Below are positions 19,872 through 30,302 of a stretch of DNA of 64,000 bases, one piece after another. The stretch is taken from positions 17 to 64,016 of the forward strand of contig MENF01000106.1 of assembly GCA_001769035.1 (NCBI GenBank), written 5' to 3'. The stretch comes from Bacteroidetes bacterium GWA2_32_17. Lineage in GTDB: Bacteria; Bacteroidota; Bacteroidia; Bacteroidales; GWA2-32-17. Every line of letters starts with the position of its first letter. Within the stretch, counting starts at the first letter, position 1. The translations under genes were made by a program, and so were the position numbers. Below the pieces are notes generated by a model. It searched no databases, had not been told where the DNA came from, and saw nothing but the letters and a program-made list of their open reading frames with translations.

Positions 19872-20492
19872 GCAGGTAACAGTTCGCTATTCCCAACCAG
19901 TTGGGAGTATTTATATTATATCTGTAGTTAATAAATATTTGTAACATCCTTATTATCATTATTAAAATCGTTTTTAACCGTTTATCATCGTTTAACTTAT
20001 TTTCGATATTTTATATATTAAGAATGTTTTCAAAATTAAATTTGAACAAACAAATTTATAAATTATTTTTGAATAAATCAATAAAATTGATATTTATTTT
20101 TTAAAATAATTTATTATATTTGCGTCAATTTATTTTAATATTCTAACTAAAAATATTTAACCCCTCTTGAATTTTTTTTCCCGAAAAAATGGAATATTTT
20201 GAGATTTTTTTGAATTTGTAAAATACAACATCCACATTATCAATAATATATATTTTCTATATCGTTTGTAGTACCAGAAAATAACATTGTTATTTGGTAA
20301 TCCGAATTCCTATATTTATTTTGTCGCAAATTTTTTAAAATAAAATGCGGTGTAATGGACAAAATTAATGGTTTTTATTTTCCTCACTTTGTTGAACATT
20401 TGTTTTTGAGTATTCTTGCTTAGTAATGTGTAGGAAATAAGTTCCTACAAGGCGCATAAAAATTTTAAACCGCAGCATACTAAAGTATGTGA

Positions 20493-20732
20493 GGATTTAA
20501 AATCTTTTATAGCAACGCCGTAGGAGCTTATTTCATGCACATTGCTTACACGGTAGTTAATACAATCAGATACAAATTGAAAAAACATGGAATCCATCAC
20601 AACTGGCAAAATATAGTAAGAATAATGAATAGTCAAAAAGTCGGTACAAAAACCATGAACCAGCGTAACAATAAACAAAAGGGTATGCTTATTCCATCGG
20701 CTGGAGTTCAAGAAATTTACACATTTTTATAA
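20493..20732 (+). pseudogene. Probable C-terminal remnant of an IS transposase
   Basis: Open frame ...AYFMHIAYTVVNTIRYKLKKHGIHHNWQNIVRIMNSQKV... resembles the C-terminal helix region of IS4/IS1634-like transposases. There is no N-terminal part and it is flanked by hairpin repeats. Confidence 0.3.
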
Positions 20733-21031
20733 TTAAAAAACTTCATTTTTTATATTTATGACGAAGATTAACCAGAGCAAACGCATGAAATAAATATTTT
20801 TCTTTCACAGGTCGCCTCTATGAGGCTTAATTTGTCAGGAATGTTGTAATTTCTATAAACAGAACGTTCCTATCGGAACTGTAAATATACAAAAAATCCT
20901 TTAGGATTTAACTGTTTATAGAAATAATGAAATCACCTGAATTTTAGCTCCATCGGAGTGTCCTGACTTTTGTAAAAATTTTCATGCGTTTGCCATGGGA
21001 GGTTAACAAAACCAAAAAAAATCAAGCTTTA

Positions 21032-21703
21032 TCAAAACGCCCAACCCGCATTAAATCCTAATAAGATTTTTAATGGACTATATGGAAATAGCTCATAATC
21101 TTCTTTGCTCGCATAAGTTGATACATTATTAAAATGTTCGAGCCAAATATTATCTCTATATCCTATTCCTATATATGGGTCGAATGCTAAATTTTTGTTA
21201 ATAATTTGAAATCCAACTTTAAAACAATAATTAGTATATGTAATTAAAATATATTCATCTTGTAGAACATTCTTTTTATCAGTTATTTTAGCCCGTGAAT
21301 ATGAATATTGCAATGCCACATATAAACCTTTAGGAGCTTTAGTTTGTTCTTTGTTATTTAACAAATAATATTTATATTCGGCCTGAAATCTAAAGCCACG
21401 AACTTTTAACACAATAGGAGGAACAGCAGCTGATTCTATTAAAGTTGTAATCAACCCTTTTCCAAGGTAGGAACCAGAAATTTGAACAGAACTTCTTGTT
21501 GATAATACAGTTTCATAAGCCAACCGAAATTCAGAAGTTAAAGGAATAGAGCCAACAGGCATAACAAAAGGATTTGTTTTTAATATATTTCTTTTTGTTT
21601 CGATGCGGCTATAATAAACTGAATCCTGATAAAACTGACAATAAACAGCAATGCTCATCTGAAGAAATACTACAACTAATATGATTTGTTTAATTTTTAT
21701 CAT
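21032..21703 (-). CDS. Putative outer-membrane beta-barrel protein
   Basis: Signal peptide, alternating hydrophobic pattern, C-terminal ...GFNAGWAF aromatic end. Confidence 0.45.
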   Translation of the reverse strand: MIKIKQIILVVVFLQMSIAVYCQFYQDSVYYSRIETKRNILKTNPFVMPVGSIPLTSEFRLAYETVLSTRSSVQISGSYLGKGLITTLIESAAVPPIVLKVRGFRFQAEYKYYLLNNKEQTKAPKGLYVALQYSYSRAKITDKKNVLQDEYILITYTNYCFKVGFQIINKNLAFDPYIGIGYRDNIWLEHFNNVSTYASKEDYELFPYSPLKILLGFNAGWAF

Positions 21704-21718
21704 CTTTTAATATTTATT

Positions 21719-21757
21719 GGTTTCAAGTTTCAAGTTTCAAGTTTCAAGTTTCAAGAT
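21719..21757. repeat. Heptamer tandem repeat (gtttcaa) x5
   Basis: Read directly. Confidence 0.9.
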
Positions 21758-21990
21758 TGTTCAAAAGAGTTCAAAAAGTTTATTGTTCTATGTTATTTAG
21801 TTATTTGTTATTAAGTTATTTCAATATATTTCTATCAATTTCTATCAATTTCAATGTTTATCGTTCATTGTTTTTCGTTCACTGTTTAAAGAAAAGATGT
21901 TTCGCTAATCACTCAACATGACAAAAAGAACTTGTTCACTGCCAACTGTTTACTGTTTACTGTTCAAAAAAAACTCACTGTCATTCAATA

Positions 21991-22073
21991 GTCATACATA
22001 GTCATACAATTGTCAGCATTTGTAATGCAGTTAGAAAACAATTGTGTGACCATTGTATTAACTATTGTGTGAC
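21991..22073. repeat. 83-bp imperfect-palindrome unit, copy 2
   Basis: Near-identical to 1711-1793, in the same orientation. Confidence 0.9.
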
Positions 22074-22110
22074 CATTGTTATTATTGTTCACTGTTTGCA
22101 GGTTTTTCTT

Positions 22111-22390
22111 CAATCTTTTTTTATCAATCTTGTTTTATCAATCTATTCCTATCAATCTTTTCAATCTTGTTTTCTCAATCTTGTCTTCCCAATCTATTCA
22201 ATCTTGTCTTCCCAATCTATTCAATCTTGTCTTCTCAATCCTATCAATCATGTCTTCCCAATCTATTCAATCTTGTCTTCTCAATCCTATCAATCATGTC
22301 TTCCCAATCTTTCGTCAATCTTTTTTCTCAATCTTGTTTTGTCAATCTTGTTTTATCAATCCTTTCAATCTTGTCTTCTCAATCTTTCTC
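22111..22390. repeat. Array of ~23 CAATCT(T/A) motifs spaced 9 or 14 nt, with 23- and 46-bp higher-order repeats
   Basis: Read directly. Lies immediately 3' of the tsaD stop on the transcribed (minus) strand. Confidence 0.9.
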
Positions 22391-22395
22391 AAAAA

Positions 22396-23421
22396 TTATA
22401 ATTCAAATCGTGCAATTGGTGCAACATCGTGAGATGCAAAAAGATTTTGCTTAAATTTAAAATATCCTGCAACAGCAATCATAGCAGCATTATCGGTAGT
22501 AAAGTTAAATGAAGGAATGTGAATTTTCCAGTTATTTTTTAACGATAATTCTGTAAATTGTTTTCTAATTTCGGAATTTGCAGAAACACCACCGGACAAC
22601 GTAACTTCTTTTATTCCGGTAATTTTAACCGCTTTAATTATTTTATCAATTAAAATGTCAACAATAGTTTGTTGTAACGAAGCACACAAATTATTTTTTT
22701 GCTGCTCAATAAAATCAGGATTTATTGCAATATTATCGCGTATAAAATATAAAAAAGAAGTTTTTAAGCCACTGAAACTAAAATTCAATTCAGCTATTTT
22801 TGGTTTCGTAAACATAAATGACAGCGGATTTCCTTCTTCTGCAAGTTTATCAATTAATGGTCCACCCGGATACTCTAAACCAAGTACTTTAGCTCCTTTA
22901 TCGAAAGCTTCGCCAGCCGCATCGTCAATTGTAGTACCAATAACTTCCATTTTAAGTGGCGAATTTACTTTTATAATTTGCGTATGTCCCCCCGAAATTA
23001 ATAAACATAAATGAGGGAACAAAGGAACATCTTTGGGCTTATTGTGTTCAATTATAAAATGTGATAATACATGTCCCTGCAAATGATTAACATCAATTAA
23101 AGGAATATTTAGCGAAAGCGATAAACCTTTTGCGAACGAAGTTCCAACAAGTAACGAACCAAGCAAGCCAGGTCCACGAGTAAAACTTATTGCATCAATT
23201 TCGTTTTTGTTAATACCTGCTCTTTTAATTGCCTCGTCAACAACAGGAATAATATTCGATTGATGTGCCCGCGATGCCAGCTCAGGTACAACCCCGCCAT
23301 AAGCTTTATGCACATCCTGCCCTGCAATAACATTTGACAATAAAATGCCATCTCTAACAACAGCAGCCGAAGTATCGTCGCACGATGACTCAATTCCGAG
23401 TATTGTAGTAAACTTTGTCAA
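22396..23421 (-). CDS. tsaD: tRNA N6-adenosine threonylcarbamoyltransferase
   Basis: LGIESSCDDTSAAV, GGVVPELASRAH, SGGHT motifs. 341 aa. Confidence 0.9.
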   Translation of the reverse strand: MTKFTTILGIESSCDDTSAAVVRDGILLSNVIAGQDVHKAYGGVVPELASRAHQSNIIPVVDEAIKRAGINKNEIDAISFTRGPGLLGSLLVGTSFAKGLSLSLNIPLIDVNHLQGHVLSHFIIEHNKPKDVPLFPHLCLLISGGHTQIIKVNSPLKMEVIGTTIDDAAGEAFDKGAKVLGLEYPGGPLIDKLAEEGNPLSFMFTKPKIAELNFSFSGLKTSFLYFIRDNIAINPDFIEQQKNNLCASLQQTIVDILIDKIIKAVKITGIKEVTLSGGVSANSEIRKQFTELSLKNNWKIHIPSFNFTTDNAAMIAVAGYFKFKQNLFASHDVAPIARFEL

Positions 23422-23492
23422 ATTTTATAACTTTGTCCAATTAAATTATTTGCAAAATTATCAAAAAAAGACACATACCGCTTTTATTATTA

Positions 23493-26400
23493 TTGGCTTT
23501 TTTAAGGCTGTTATTTATTTCGTACATAATTTTTAAAAGTTCGTTTTTGCAAACAATTATTACCCAACGTATTGCATCATATTTATCGGCTCAATTAAAA
23601 GCCGAAGTTTCTTTAACAGGTGTTGACATTTCGCTTTTTACCAGTGTTATTTTAGAAAATGTTTTTGTAAGCGACCAAAAAAAAGACACATTATTATTTG
23701 TAAAAAAATTAAATGTAAAAATAAAAGATATTAATTTTTCAAATAATTTTATAGACATTAACAAATTGCAGTTGAATGAACCTGTTGTTAATCTTTATCT
23801 CGATTCGCTTCACCAAATGAATTATAGTTTTATAATTAAAGCTCTGTCAAATGACTCAGATACAACTTCATCGTTACCATGGAAATTTATTATTCGTGGA
23901 TTAGAAGCAAACAATGCAAAATTTTCGTATAAAAAATTTGCTCATTTAGCTCAAAATTCAGGAATGAATTACAGCGATATAGGTATTTCTAAAATCAATT
24001 TATCAATCAAAAATATTACATACAACAGCGATTCGTTAAAATTTAAAATTGAAAATATTTCGGGAATAGAAAAATGCGGAATTGCTATCGGTCATTTTAG
24101 TGCAGACGCCTTAATTGACACAAACGGATTATTTATGCAAAATGTTTTAATAACTGCTGCAACAAGCAGATTAGCTTTTAATTATTTAAATTTTTTAATG
24201 AAATCGGTTGACGATTTAGATGATTTTGAAAATAAAGTAAAAATTGTAGCAGATGTAAAAAAATCGTTAATCGGATTTAAAGATATTTCTTATTTCTCGT
24301 CTTGGTTATGGGGAATAAAAGAAAAAATTGTTTTTGAAGGAAAAATAAAAGGTAAAATTTCCGATTTTAAAGCTAAAAATGTAAAAATTGAATATTTAGA
24401 TAATACATTTATTTCAGGTAATTTTGCAATTACAGGACTTCCAAATATTGAGCAAACTTTTATGACATTGGCATTTTCGGAGTTAAATACCAATGCCAGC
24501 GATTTGTCAAAAATACCTATATACCCTTTCACATCGCACAATACGATGGAAATACCAATTGAAGTAAAACGTCTAGGTAAAATTTATTACAAAGGAGAGC
24601 TAACAGGCTTCACCGGCGATTTTGTAGCTTATGGAAATCTTAAAACCAATATTGGAAATTTAAAAACTGATATTTCGTTAAAACAAGATGTTGTTTCGGG
24701 ATATACAAAATTTAAAGGAAATTTAGCTTCTGAAAAATTTGACCTTGGGAGTATTGTTAATTTAAAAGAAACAGTTGGTAAAATTAGTCTAAATGCAAAA
24801 GTTGAAGGAAAGTACAAAGGTAAAAAATTATTTGCGAATATTAAAGGTTCAATTAACGATATTGAATTTAAACAATATACTTACAAAAATTTGAAAGTTG
24901 AAGGAGAATTTACCGAAAACACTTTCGAGGGTTCATTAAACATTAATGATGTTAATTTAAGTATGGATTTTCTCGGGAAAATTGATTTTAGTAAAAATAT
25001 TCCTGTTTTTGATTTTACTGCCGATATTTCTAAATTACAACTTTATAAATTAAATTTAGTAAAGTACGATTCACTTTTAACTCTTTCGTTTTTATTAAGT
25101 GCACGCTTTTCAGGAAATAGTTTGGATAATTTGTTAGGGAAAATTGAATTATTTAATTTCAACTATAAATCATCACGAATTAATGAACATTTCGGAGACA
25201 TTAGTATTACATCCGAAAAAAATTCTTTGGGAAGTAATTTTCAGCTTAATTCAAACATATTAAATGCCTCGTTAATAGGAAATGTTCATTTTTCAAATTT
25301 ATTAACATCGTTAAATAACGCTATAAACAGTTATGTTCCCTCATTAAAATTTATAAAAGAAACAGAAAACAATAAAGTTCATAACGAGGAAAACAGCTTT
25401 GCTCTTTCAATTGATTTTTATAATACAGATAGTATTTTTAAAGAATTTGTACCAAAACTTAATATTGAAAAAAATACAAAATTAAATTTCAATATTAACT
25501 CTATTAAAAACACTTTCGATTTAAGCATTAACAATGGGAACATTTCATATTCTGGAATTAAGGCAAACAATCCAGAAGTAAAAATATATACCGAAAACCA
25601 AAAACTAAACTATTTAATAAATATAAAAAAATTAGAATTATCGGAAAATGCGAACATGCAAAACATAAATATTCAAGGCTTTACACAAAACAATGAAGGA
25701 GAAATAAATTTATCGTGGAACAATCCTGATTCAGCTATATATAAAGGTGATATAAGTTTACTTTACAAATTAAACAAAATAAATAATAAGTTTTTCCCTT
25801 CAGTTTTATTAGAGGCAAACCCTTCAATGCTAGTTTTATCAAATGCTGAATGGTATGTTAACGATGCAAAAGCCGAAATTTTCGATTCATTAATTAATAT
25901 CGAACAACTTACAATAAACAGCGATAGTCAATATGTTTACGTTAACGGTATAATAAGTAAAAACACATCTGATACATTAACAGTTTTACTAAACAAATTA
26001 AATTTAACTAACTCGAATTTATTTTTAAAAAAATATGGATTAGAATTAAACGGTTTAGTTAGTGGCAACTTATACATTTCGGGATTATTAGGAAAAACCA
26101 AACTTCTGTCGAATATTAATATTGAAAACTTTAAAATAAATAATGAAGATATTGGGAACGCACACATTATCAGCCAATGGGATAATAATTCAAACAACAT
26201 TTTAATTTCAGGCAGCACTAACCGTGGAAATATAAAAACATTAGACTTTAATGGGAAATATTATACTAATGGCAATATTGATTTTGATGTTGCACTTGAT
26301 AAATTAAAACTAAATCTTGCCGAACCATACATAAATAGCATAATGTCGGATATTAAAGGTATTGCAGGTGGAAAGTTAACAATAAAAGGCAGTACTTCAA

Positions 26401-27893
26401 AACCAATAGTTGAAGGCTTAATTAAAATACAAAAAGCATCGTTTTTAATTCAATATTTACAAACAAGATACAGTGTAACAACCGATGTTATTGTAAAACC
26501 CAATTCATTTAATTTTTCTGATGTTGCAATTTTCGATTCAGAAGGGAATAAAGCAACATTAAATGGTAACATATCACACAATAATTTTAATAATTTAAAA
26601 TTTGATTTAGGAATTGAGACTGATAAATTATTAATGCTGAACACTACCGAAAAAGATAATGAATTATTTTATGGTAAAGCATTCGCCTCGGGAGTAATAG
26701 ATTTAACCGGCACACCCGAAAATTTTAATATTGATGTAACCACAAAAACCGAAAAGAACACAAAAATATTTATCCCTTTATCATCAGGGAGCGAAGTTAA
26801 TCAACAAAATTTTATACATTTTATTAATAACACAAATGATACTGCTAAACAAGTTATAGAACAAAAAATTGACCTGTCGGGGATAAATATGAATTTTAAT
26901 TTTCAGGCAACACACGATGCTGAAGTACAAATAATTTTTGATTCAAAAGTTGGTGACATAATAAAAGGTAAAGGAAATGGTAATTTAAGATTAGAAATTA
27001 CACCTACCGGCGAATTTAAAATGTTTGGCGATTATACAATTGAAAGCGGTGATTATTTGTTTACATTGCAAAATGTTATTAATAAAAAATTTGATATTGT
27101 TAAAGGGGGTACAATAAGCTGGAACGGCGACCCATACATGGCAATTCTTGATATATCAGCAGTTTATAAGTTAAAAGCCAGTTTATATGATTTAATGTTA
27201 GATTCTGCATACAAGCAAAGAGTACCTGTTGAATGTGTTCTTAATATGAGTAACAATTTGCTAAAACCCGATTTTATTTTTAGTATAAAACTTCCCGAAG
27301 GAGACTCTAAACCAAATAATTTAATAAACAGTTTCTCAAACGAAGATTTAAACAAACAAATAATTTCGCTTTTAATACTTAACCGATTTGTAACACCTGA
27401 AATTTATCGCAACACTTTGCAAAGCACAGAAACAAAAGGTACAAATGCAGTTGGAATGAATTCTTCCGAATTACTTTCTAATCAATTAAGTCATTGGCTA
27501 TCACAAATATCAAAAGATTTTGATATTGGAGTTAATTATCGTCCCGGTGACGAGCTTACTCACAATGAAGTTGAACTTGCACTTAGCACTCAAATATTAA
27601 ATGATAGAGTTACACTTAATGGAAATGTTGGAGTTGGAGGGAATCAGGCAACTCAATCGAGCAATTTTGTTGGCGACTTTGAAGTTGATGTAAAAATTAA
27701 CAAATCGGGAAAGCTAATGGTAAAAGGATTTAATCGCTCCAATACCGATATTATAAACGATACAGCACCTTACACTCAAGGATTAGGTTTGTTTTACAGA
27801 GAAGATTTTGATTCCTTTGGTAAGCTATTGCAACAATATTGGAAATCAGTTTTTACCCGCAAACAAGAAGACAAAATAAAAGAAAATAAATAG
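23493..27893 (+). CDS. TamB-like translocation/assembly module protein (DUF490 C-terminus)
   Basis: 1466 aa. N-terminal anchor, long beta-rich repetitive body, and a conserved C-terminal region typical of TamB/AsmA-like proteins. Confidence 0.65.
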   Translation: MAFLRLLFISYIIFKSSFLQTIITQRIASYLSAQLKAEVSLTGVDISLFTSVILENVFVSDQKKDTLLFVKKLNVKIKDINFSNNFIDINKLQLNEPVVNLYLDSLHQMNYSFIIKALSNDSDTTSSLPWKFIIRGLEANNAKFSYKKFAHLAQNSGMNYSDIGISKINLSIKNITYNSDSLKFKIENISGIEKCGIAIGHFSADALIDTNGLFMQNVLITAATSRLAFNYLNFLMKSVDDLDDFENKVKIVADVKKSLIGFKDISYFSSWLWGIKEKIVFEGKIKGKISDFKAKNVKIEYLDNTFISGNFAITGLPNIEQTFMTLAFSELNTNASDLSKIPIYPFTSHNTMEIPIEVKRLGKIYYKGELTGFTGDFVAYGNLKTNIGNLKTDISLKQDVVSGYTKFKGNLASEKFDLGSIVNLKETVGKISLNAKVEGKYKGKKLFANIKGSINDIEFKQYTYKNLKVEGEFTENTFEGSLNINDVNLSMDFLGKIDFSKNIPVFDFTADISKLQLYKLNLVKYDSLLTLSFLLSARFSGNSLDNLLGKIELFNFNYKSSRINEHFGDISITSEKNSLGSNFQLNSNILNASLIGNVHFSNLLTSLNNAINSYVPSLKFIKETENNKVHNEENSFALSIDFYNTDSIFKEFVPKLNIEKNTKLNFNINSIKNTFDLSINNGNISYSGIKANNPEVKIYTENQKLNYLINIKKLELSENANMQNINIQGFTQNNEGEINLSWNNPDSAIYKGDISLLYKLNKINNKFFPSVLLEANPSMLVLSNAEWYVNDAKAEIFDSLINIEQLTINSDSQYVYVNGIISKNTSDTLTVLLNKLNLTNSNLFLKKYGLELNGLVSGNLYISGLLGKTKLLSNINIENFKINNEDIGNAHIISQWDNNSNNILISGSTNRGNIKTLDFNGKYYTNGNIDFDVALDKLKLNLAEPYINSIMSDIKGIAGGKLTIKGSTSKPIVEGLIKIQKASFLIQYLQTRYSVTTDVIVKPNSFNFSDVAIFDSEGNKATLNGNISHNNFNNLKFDLGIETDKLLMLNTTEKDNELFYGKAFASGVIDLTGTPENFNIDVTTKTEKNTKIFIPLSSGSEVNQQNFIHFINNTNDTAKQVIEQKIDLSGINMNFNFQATHDAEVQIIFDSKVGDIIKGKGNGNLRLEITPTGEFKMFGDYTIESGDYLFTLQNVINKKFDIVKGGTISWNGDPYMAILDISAVYKLKASLYDLMLDSAYKQRVPVECVLNMSNNLLKPDFIFSIKLPEGDSKPNNLINSFSNEDLNKQIISLLILNRFVTPEIYRNTLQSTETKGTNAVGMNSSELLSNQLSHWLSQISKDFDIGVNYRPGDELTHNEVELALSTQILNDRVTLNGNVGVGGNQATQSSNFVGDFEVDVKINKSGKLMVKGFNRSNTDIINDTAPYTQGLGLFYREDFDSFGKLLQQYWKSVFTRKQEDKIKENK

Positions 27894-28034
27894 TGTCTGT
27901 CCATAATGTCCGATTTCTGCGTTATTCTCGTATTAAAAAACAGTCATTTACTACAGTAAACTCCTGATTTTTTAATACTTCGAATGCCTTGAACTCGAAC
28001 ATTCTGAATCAGACACTGACTTTATAGACAAACC
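27894..28034 (+). mobile_element. MITE-like element (family with tgtctgtccataatgtc termini)
   Basis: TIR tgtctgtccataatgtc / gactttatagacaaacc. Flanked by TAAATA on both sides. Confidence 0.55.
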
Positions 28035-28405
28035 CTAAATAATATTGGCATTTTTCATACTATAGCTAACGTATTGCTTTATTGCTAAATTGCTTTACCC
28101 CGTTAGATATTTACAAATGGGGGAAATTTTTTGTTTAAATATCATTATCTAACGGGGTGAATTGTTAAGCTGATAAGTTACTAAATGGTTAATGTCCCCC
28201 TTTTTAAAGGGAGTGGGGCGATGAAAATAATGAAACAATAAAACAAAGAAGTTGCTAAATTGCTTTATTGCTAAATTTTATTTCATTGAATTTCATACAT
28301 TTGAATAAATTGTACATCAACATTCTTTTGTTAATAAAAATAAAATCATAAGAAATAACGTTAACACAACATAGCTAATTTAGCTGACTATTAAAATATA
28401 TTTAT

Positions 28406-29095
28406 ATGATATTTTTGCAAATTACTACAAATCCTGCTGTTCAAACAGCAGTTCAAAAATCGAGTGAACAACTTTCGTTATCATTATGGGATTTAACTCT
28501 TAAAGGTGGCTGGATAATGATTCCAATTGGTTTACTATCAATAATCACAATTTATGTTTTTATTGAAAGATTTATTGCTATTCGTGCTGCCGGAAAAGAA
28601 GATAATAATTTCATGAATAATATAAAAGAATATATTCTTGAAGGAAAAATAGACAATGCTTTAACAATGTGTAAATCTCAAAATTCACCTGTTGCACGAA
28701 TGATTGAAAAAGGTGTTCGTCGTATGGGACGACCATTAAACGATGTTAATGTAGCAATAGAGAATGTTGGTAAATTAGAAGTTGCCCGGCTCGAAAAAGG
28801 ATTTGCTTTTATAGCTACAGCAGCAGGCGCTGCACCAATGCTTGGATTTTTAGGAACTGTAACAGGTATGGTCAGAGCATTTTATAATATGGCAAGTGCA
28901 GGTAACAATATTGATATAACCCTTCTTTCGAGTGGCATTTACGAAGCAATGGTTACAACAGTAGCTGGTTTAGTTGTTGGTATTATTGCTTATTTAGCTT
29001 ATAATTATTTAGTTACACGTTTAGATCGAATAGTTTACATTCTCGAAGCCCGTACAACCGAATTTATGGATTTATTAAACGAACCTGTAAAATAA
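28406..29095 (+). CDS. exbB: MotA/TolQ/ExbB proton-channel protein
   Basis: Three TM helices. Conserved ...AAGAAPMLGFLGTVTGM... motif. Confidence 0.8.
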   Translation: MIFLQITTNPAVQTAVQKSSEQLSLSLWDLTLKGGWIMIPIGLLSIITIYVFIERFIAIRAAGKEDNNFMNNIKEYILEGKIDNALTMCKSQNSPVARMIEKGVRRMGRPLNDVNVAIENVGKLEVARLEKGFAFIATAAGAAPMLGFLGTVTGMVRAFYNMASAGNNIDITLLSSGIYEAMVTTVAGLVVGIIAYLAYNYLVTRLDRIVYILEARTTEFMDLLNEPVK

Positions 29096-29102
29096 TCTGA
29101 TT

Positions 29103-29510
29103 ATGTCAATTAGAACCAGAAATAAAATTAGTCTTGCATTTAGTGCAGCTACCATGTCCGATTTAGTATTCCTGTTGTTAATATTTTTTATGATAACATC
29201 AACACTTATTTCACCAAATGCACTTAAACTGTTGCTACCTAAAAGTGATAATCAGGTTCAGGCAAATAAACCTGTAACAACAGTTTCAATAACTCCCGAC
29301 CTTCAGTTTTATGTTGAAACTCAAAATATTGGAATTGATAATCTGGAACAATTTTTGCAACAAAAACTAGGAACAATAACAAATCCAGATGATGCTCCAA
29401 CAATTTCACTTCATGCAGATAAATCAGTTCCAATTGAAGAAGTTGTAAAAGTTATGAATATAGCAAAAGACAATAAGTATAAATTAATATTAGCAACAAC
29501 AGCTCAATAA
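29103..29510 (+). CDS. exbD: ExbD/TolR biopolymer transport protein
   Basis: 135 aa. N-terminal MSDLVFLLLIFFMITS TM helix and a periplasmic domain. Confidence 0.8.
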   Translation: MSIRTRNKISLAFSAATMSDLVFLLLIFFMITSTLISPNALKLLLPKSDNQVQANKPVTTVSITPDLQFYVETQNIGIDNLEQFLQQKLGTITNPDDAPTISLHADKSVPIEEVVKVMNIAKDNKYKLILATTAQ

Positions 29511-29541
29511 ATTTAAAATTGATAATTAGATATTTATTATT

Positions 29542-30300
29542 TTGAGTTATAAATTATTGATTATGGAAGCAACTATTAGAAACCGTTATAGTATTATTAT
29601 TACAATATTCTTTCATTTTGGAATATTTGCTTTACTTTTATTATTAGGTTTTAAAACTCCTCTACCTCTTCCAGCCGAACAGGGTATTACTGTTAATTTC
29701 GGTAATTCCGATGATGGCTTTGGAATTACAGAACCTAATCAACTTCAGCAACAAAGTTCAGCTATGCAAAATAATCAGGAAGAAGTTTTAACACAAAATA
29801 TTGAAGATGCAGTTTCAATAAAAAACAATAACATAACAAATAATAATAATCAAACGCAAAACCAAAACCAGCAACAACAACAGCAAGTAAACCAAAATGC
29901 ACTTTTCCCAACAAATCAAAATAATGGCTCGAATAGCGAAGGCGAAACCCATGGAAATGGTAATCAAGGCAACCCTAATGGCGACCCAAACGTAAAAAAT
30001 CATAATGGAACTCCTAATGGAACAGGTAATTCATATTCGCTTGCAGGCAGAAACATTAAAGGAAGTTTGCCCAAACCTAATTACCCCGGAAACGAACAGG
30101 GAAAGGTAGTTGTAGAAATTTTTGTTGATAGAAGCGGCATAATTACCAAAGCTAATGCAGGAATTAAAGGTTCAACACTTTTAAGTAAAAAATATTTAGA
30201 TGCTGCATATAACGCCGCATTAAAAGCAAAATTCGATGCAAACCCCGATGCTGCTGAACTTCAAAGAGGCACGATTACTTACAATTTTATGTTTCAATAA
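29542..30300 (+). CDS. TonB-like energy transducer with a Q/N-rich linker
   Basis: N-terminal TM, low-complexity linker, C-terminal ~80 aa (GKVVVEIFVDRSGII...) TonB-C-like. Operon with exbBD. Confidence 0.6.
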   Translation: MSYKLLIMEATIRNRYSIIITIFFHFGIFALLLLLGFKTPLPLPAEQGITVNFGNSDDGFGITEPNQLQQQSSAMQNNQEEVLTQNIEDAVSIKNNNITNNNNQTQNQNQQQQQQVNQNALFPTNQNNGSNSEGETHGNGNQGNPNGDPNVKNHNGTPNGTGNSYSLAGRNIKGSLPKPNYPGNEQGKVVVEIFVDRSGIITKANAGIKGSTLLSKKYLDAAYNAALKAKFDANPDAAELQRGTITYNFMFQ

Positions 30301-30302
30301 TT

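Larger units (their letters stand above)
15592..19881 (-). mobile_element. Integrase-less cassette array 1 (CALIN-like), three cassettes
   Basis: ORF + attC-like palindrome units, all in one orientation. The 5' core and 3' inverse core of each unit are exact reverse complements (see findings). Confidence 0.55.

Noticed and set aside
15592-19881. Complete integron (intI + attI + Pc)
   Set aside because: No tyrosine-recombinase-like ORF is present anywhere in the 64 kb. Only cassette-like units are seen, hence the CALIN-like call.
22042-22454. Three overlapping + strand ORFs (119, 129 and 118 aa)
   Set aside because: They are artefacts of the CAATCT array. All three frames are open only because the repeat lacks stop codons, and the last one runs antisense into tsaD.
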